Positions 63,606-64,000 of a stretch of 64,000 nucleotides of DNA are shown one piece after another. Numbering within the stretch: the stretch's first letter is position 1; the number at the start of each line of letters is the position of its first letter. Position numbers and translations under genes: made by a program. The notes under the pieces are model-generated. The model saw only the letters and a list, made by a program, of their open reading frames with translations. It did not search any database and had not been told where the DNA came from. This stretch comes from an uncultured delta proteobacterium (lineage in GTDB: Bacteria > Myxococcota_A > Polyangia > Polyangiales > B10-G4): positions 220,873 through 284,872 of the forward strand of contig CAVSGI010000004.1 of the NCBI GenBank assembly GCA_963727445.1. The letters are read 5' to 3'.

Positions 63606-63608
63606 GCG

Positions 63609-64000
63609 TCAGAGCCAGCCGCGCTTGCGAAAGAACCAGACGAAGGCGCCGGCGGTGAAGATCATCAGCGCCCAGGAGAAGATGTAGCCGTACTCCCAGT
63701 GGAGCTCCGGCATGTGATCGAAGTTCATGCCGTAGAGCCCCGTGATGAAGGTCAGCGGCAGCATGATGGTGCTGATGAGGGTGAGCACCTTCATGACCTC
63801 GTTCATCCGATTGGACTGCACACTCAGGAACGCGTCGAGAGAGGACGACACCAGGTCGCGATACGAATCGGTCAGATCGCTCACGCGGAGGAAGTGGTCG
63901 TAGATGTCGCGATAGAAGGGCAGGGCGTCCTCGGGGATCCCCGGCGTGGTGCCGTTGGAGAGGCGCAGGAGCACGTCGGTCTGGTGGATGGCGACGCGCC
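63609..64000 (-). CDS. corA: Magnesium/cobalt transporter CorA, C-terminal part; 5' partial
   Basis: [33 protein letters not shown]. Confidence 0.93.
   Translation of the reverse strand, partial: RVAIHQTDVLLRLSNGTTPGIPEDALPFYRDIYDHFLRVSDLTDSYRDLVSSSLDAFLSVQSNRMNEVMKVLTLISTIMLPLTFITGLYGMNFDHMPELHWEYGYIFSWALMIFTAGAFVWFFRKRGWL

Overview
This is a GC-rich (about 70%), gene-dense bacterial chromosome segment. MYXO-CTERM-like tails, GKAD-type and Cys-rich lipoproteins and sigma54-type promoters point to Myxococcota, probably Polyangia or Sandaracinaceae-like (inference). I found no rRNA, tRNA, CRISPR array, integrase or transposase. Housekeeping and metabolic genes include an orphan Dam-type methylase, a FolB-cupin fusion with an SDR, an MrfAB-like helicase/exonuclease pair, an acyl-CoA carboxylase trio, cls, a kynureninase-like enzyme, cstA, pyrD and corA. 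These are interleaved with several accessory blocks. (1) An 11 kb envelope cluster (11.1-22.4 kb) combines DUF3570, DUF4266, beta-barrels, five heme-c-like motifs and a Tat DUF1501-like protein. It also holds a 792-aa protein that looks like a self-splitting polyprotein: an internal MYXO-CTERM whose Arg tail doubles as the start of a second signal peptide. (2) An iron-uptake operon with Fur-like boxes encodes two imelysins, a di-heme DHOR, a TonB-dependent receptor with a long Glu/Asp tract, a vitamin-K-carboxylase-like HTTM protein and TonB. (3) A divergent pair encodes a membrane-tethered XRE regulator and a glycine-zipper protein around a 7-1-7 operator. (4) A small island holds a pentanucleotide SSR directly after a start codon and a MenAT1-like toxin-antitoxin pair. 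Many genes, including pyrD, are broken by single-base frameshifts that most likely reflect long-read consensus errors.
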